Of a stretch of 64,000 nucleotides of DNA, positions 62,801 to 64,000 are shown piece after piece. The notes beneath the pieces were generated by a model. The model was not told the origin of the DNA, did not search any database, and saw nothing but the letters and a program-made list of their open reading frames with translations. The number at the start of each line of letters is the position of its first letter. The stretch's first letter is position 1. Made by a program: the position numbers and the translations under genes. The DNA is from Podarcis vaucheri (lineage: Eukaryota): assembly GCA_965113315.1 (NCBI GenBank), contig OZ220368.1. The stretch is one strand, 5' to 3'.

Positions 62801-63605
62801 GAAGTGGGTTCATACATAATGCCAAAGAAAGTTTTTGTACTCCAGAAATGAATCTTTCAGTATCTCAAACTGATTTCCAGTCTTAGTTTGCTGGGCCAAG
62901 TACAAACTATAATTTTGGCAGTTCAGATGAAATGGTAAATCGTAGTTCGCCTCAAATGATGAAAGAAGTCAGGGAATCATCATGTCTAAGGAGAGGCTGC
63001 TTCAAATCTTGTTGTTAAAGATTTGGCTTTATGTCTGAAGCAGCCTAACGGTTAAAATCCCCAGCTACTCCAAGCTATCCTTAATATTTTGTCATACAAA
63101 GATATACATTAGTTGTGATCAGGATCTAAAGAGCATCTCATACTAATGGTATCTTTTACTTTTTGCCTTTGAAGAGCAATGCTATACCATAAGCTGCTGC
63201 TTCTGGAAATCTCTCTGTTTCGAAACTAATTTGCTGTGCAGTATGGTGCAGGGTTGCTATTTAAAGGAGGAGTAAACACCATGCATGGCTTTATGAAAAT
63301 AGTTCCACAATGTAATTTGGACCCTGGCCTGAGTATTCTAGATAAGAACTTTATTTACTACTCTCATTTAAAATACTGATGGTACACGAACTCCCATTGC
63401 CTTGATCATGGTAACTTCATAAAATAAAGCCCAATAATAGGTGATTTAAATTTATTTACAAGCATATGTTATATTAAAATAAATGTAGTTTGTATATCAT
63501 GGCTGATCCTTTAAATGTTTGTGGACTGCTTTTCTGCAGCTGCTGATGAAGAAGCCTTTGAAGATAATTCTGAAGAATATATCAGAAGAGATTTGGAAGG
63601 ATCTG
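53738..63605 (+). CDS. CSE1L: Exportin-2 (CAS, importin-alpha re-exporter), spliced CDS exons 2-11; continues beyond the window
   Basis: MELSDANLQTLTEYLKKTLDPDPAIRRPAEKFLESVEGNQNYPLLLL... with importin-beta N-terminal and Cse1 domain peptides; 10 GT-AG exons in continuous frame (1132 nt). Confidence 0.97.
55650..55792 (+). CDS. CSE1L: CSE1L exon 3
   Basis: AEKFLESVEGNQNYPLLLLTLLEKSQDNVIKVCASVTFKNYIKRNWRI. Confidence 0.95.
55952..56302 (+). mobile_element. Sauria SINE (with apparent 3' extension to 56367)
   Basis: Same family; 14-bp direct repeat TACTGAAGGGAATA at 55935-55948 and 56368-56381. Confidence 0.9.
57606..57707 (+). CDS. CSE1L: CSE1L exon 4
   Basis: IEDEPNKICEADRIAIKANIVHLMLSSPEQIQKQ. 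Confidence 0.95.
59014..59159 (+). CDS. CSE1L: CSE1L exon 5
   Basis: LSDAISIIGREDFPQKWPDLLTEMVNRFQSGDFHVINGVLRTAHSLFK. Confidence 0.95.
59325..59415 (+). CDS. CSE1L: CSE1L exon 6
   Basis: RYRHEFKSNELWTEIKLVLDAFALPLTNLFK. Confidence 0.95.
59955..60062 (+). CDS. CSE1L: CSE1L exon 7
   Basis: ATIELCSTHANDVSALKVLFSSLILIAKLFYSLNFQ. Confidence 0.95.
60996..61088 (+). CDS. CSE1L: CSE1L exon 8
   Basis: DLPEFFEDNMETWMMNFHNLLTLDNKLLQTD. Confidence 0.95.
61919..62086 (+). CDS. CSE1L: CSE1L exon 9
   Basis: DEEEAGLLELLKSQICDNAALYAQKYDEEFQPYLPRFVTAIWNLLVTTGQEVKYDL. Confidence 0.95.
62179..62308 (+). CDS. CSE1L: CSE1L exon 10
   Basis: LVSNAIQFLASVCERPHYKHLFEDQNTLTSICEKVIVPNMEFR. Confidence 0.95.
63540..63605 (+). 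CDS. CSE1L: CSE1L exon 11
   Basis: AADEEAFEDNSEEYIRRDLEGS|gtaagc. Confidence 0.95.
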
Positions 63606-64000
63606 GTAAGCAGTTCTATACTGGGTGTATAATGGCGTTTGAGAACTGATGCAGTTTTCTGATGTGTTGACATGTGCATAAGTACATGCATTAATTGTCT
63701 TCCCTTGAATAGGTATGCAGTCGTAATAGGGTTAAAATACTTCTGCCCTTTGGGATTCAAATATGTAATGGTGTGGGTTTTTTGCGCTTGTCCTGTGATT
63801 CCATGGATGAGCACATTTGTTGGCTATTGGGGGTGGGGGTTCATCTGACAAGCCTTAAGGCAATTTTGCTTGCTTTAAGGGGTATTTGTTTTTGTCTTGC
63901 TTTTTAGTAGTTGCTGGTGTATTACTGCAACACTAGAAGGCCTAGCACTACATCAGATGAAATTGTTGTTGCACTTTATTTATCCAGTGCCTACAGCCTT

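Overview
This is vertebrate genomic DNA from a squamate reptile. The Sauria/Squam SINEs and a Bov-B LINE fragment point to a lizard, probably a lacertid (inference). It holds two intact + strand spliced genes in the conserved vertebrate order. ARFGEF2 (BIG2, a Sec7-domain ARF-GEF) is present from coding exon 2 to the stop codon (6472-43796, 38 exons, all GT-AG, frame continuous), followed by a probable ~4.3 kb 3' UTR. CSE1L (exportin-2/CAS) has a CpG-island promoter (~50480-51340), a non-coding exon 1 and coding exons 2-11, and runs off the right edge. Introns carry SINEs, LINE 3' fragments (Bov-B, L2, CR1, L1-like) and Tc1/mariner- and hAT-type MITEs. Most ORFs in the supplied track are exon read-through, antisense shadows or repeat-derived. 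I found no convincing new gene system. The best leads are: a U12-type 5' splice site paired with a U2-type acceptor in ARFGEF2 intron 3; a SINE with an apparent 3' transduction; a young Bov-B insertion with a perfect 39-bp TSD; a donor site regenerated inside CSE1L exon 10; an NF-Y x3 + CHR cell-cycle promoter layout; and a Pro-to-Ser change in a conserved Sec7 motif. Exon numbering and comparisons with human proteins are from memory, not from a database search.
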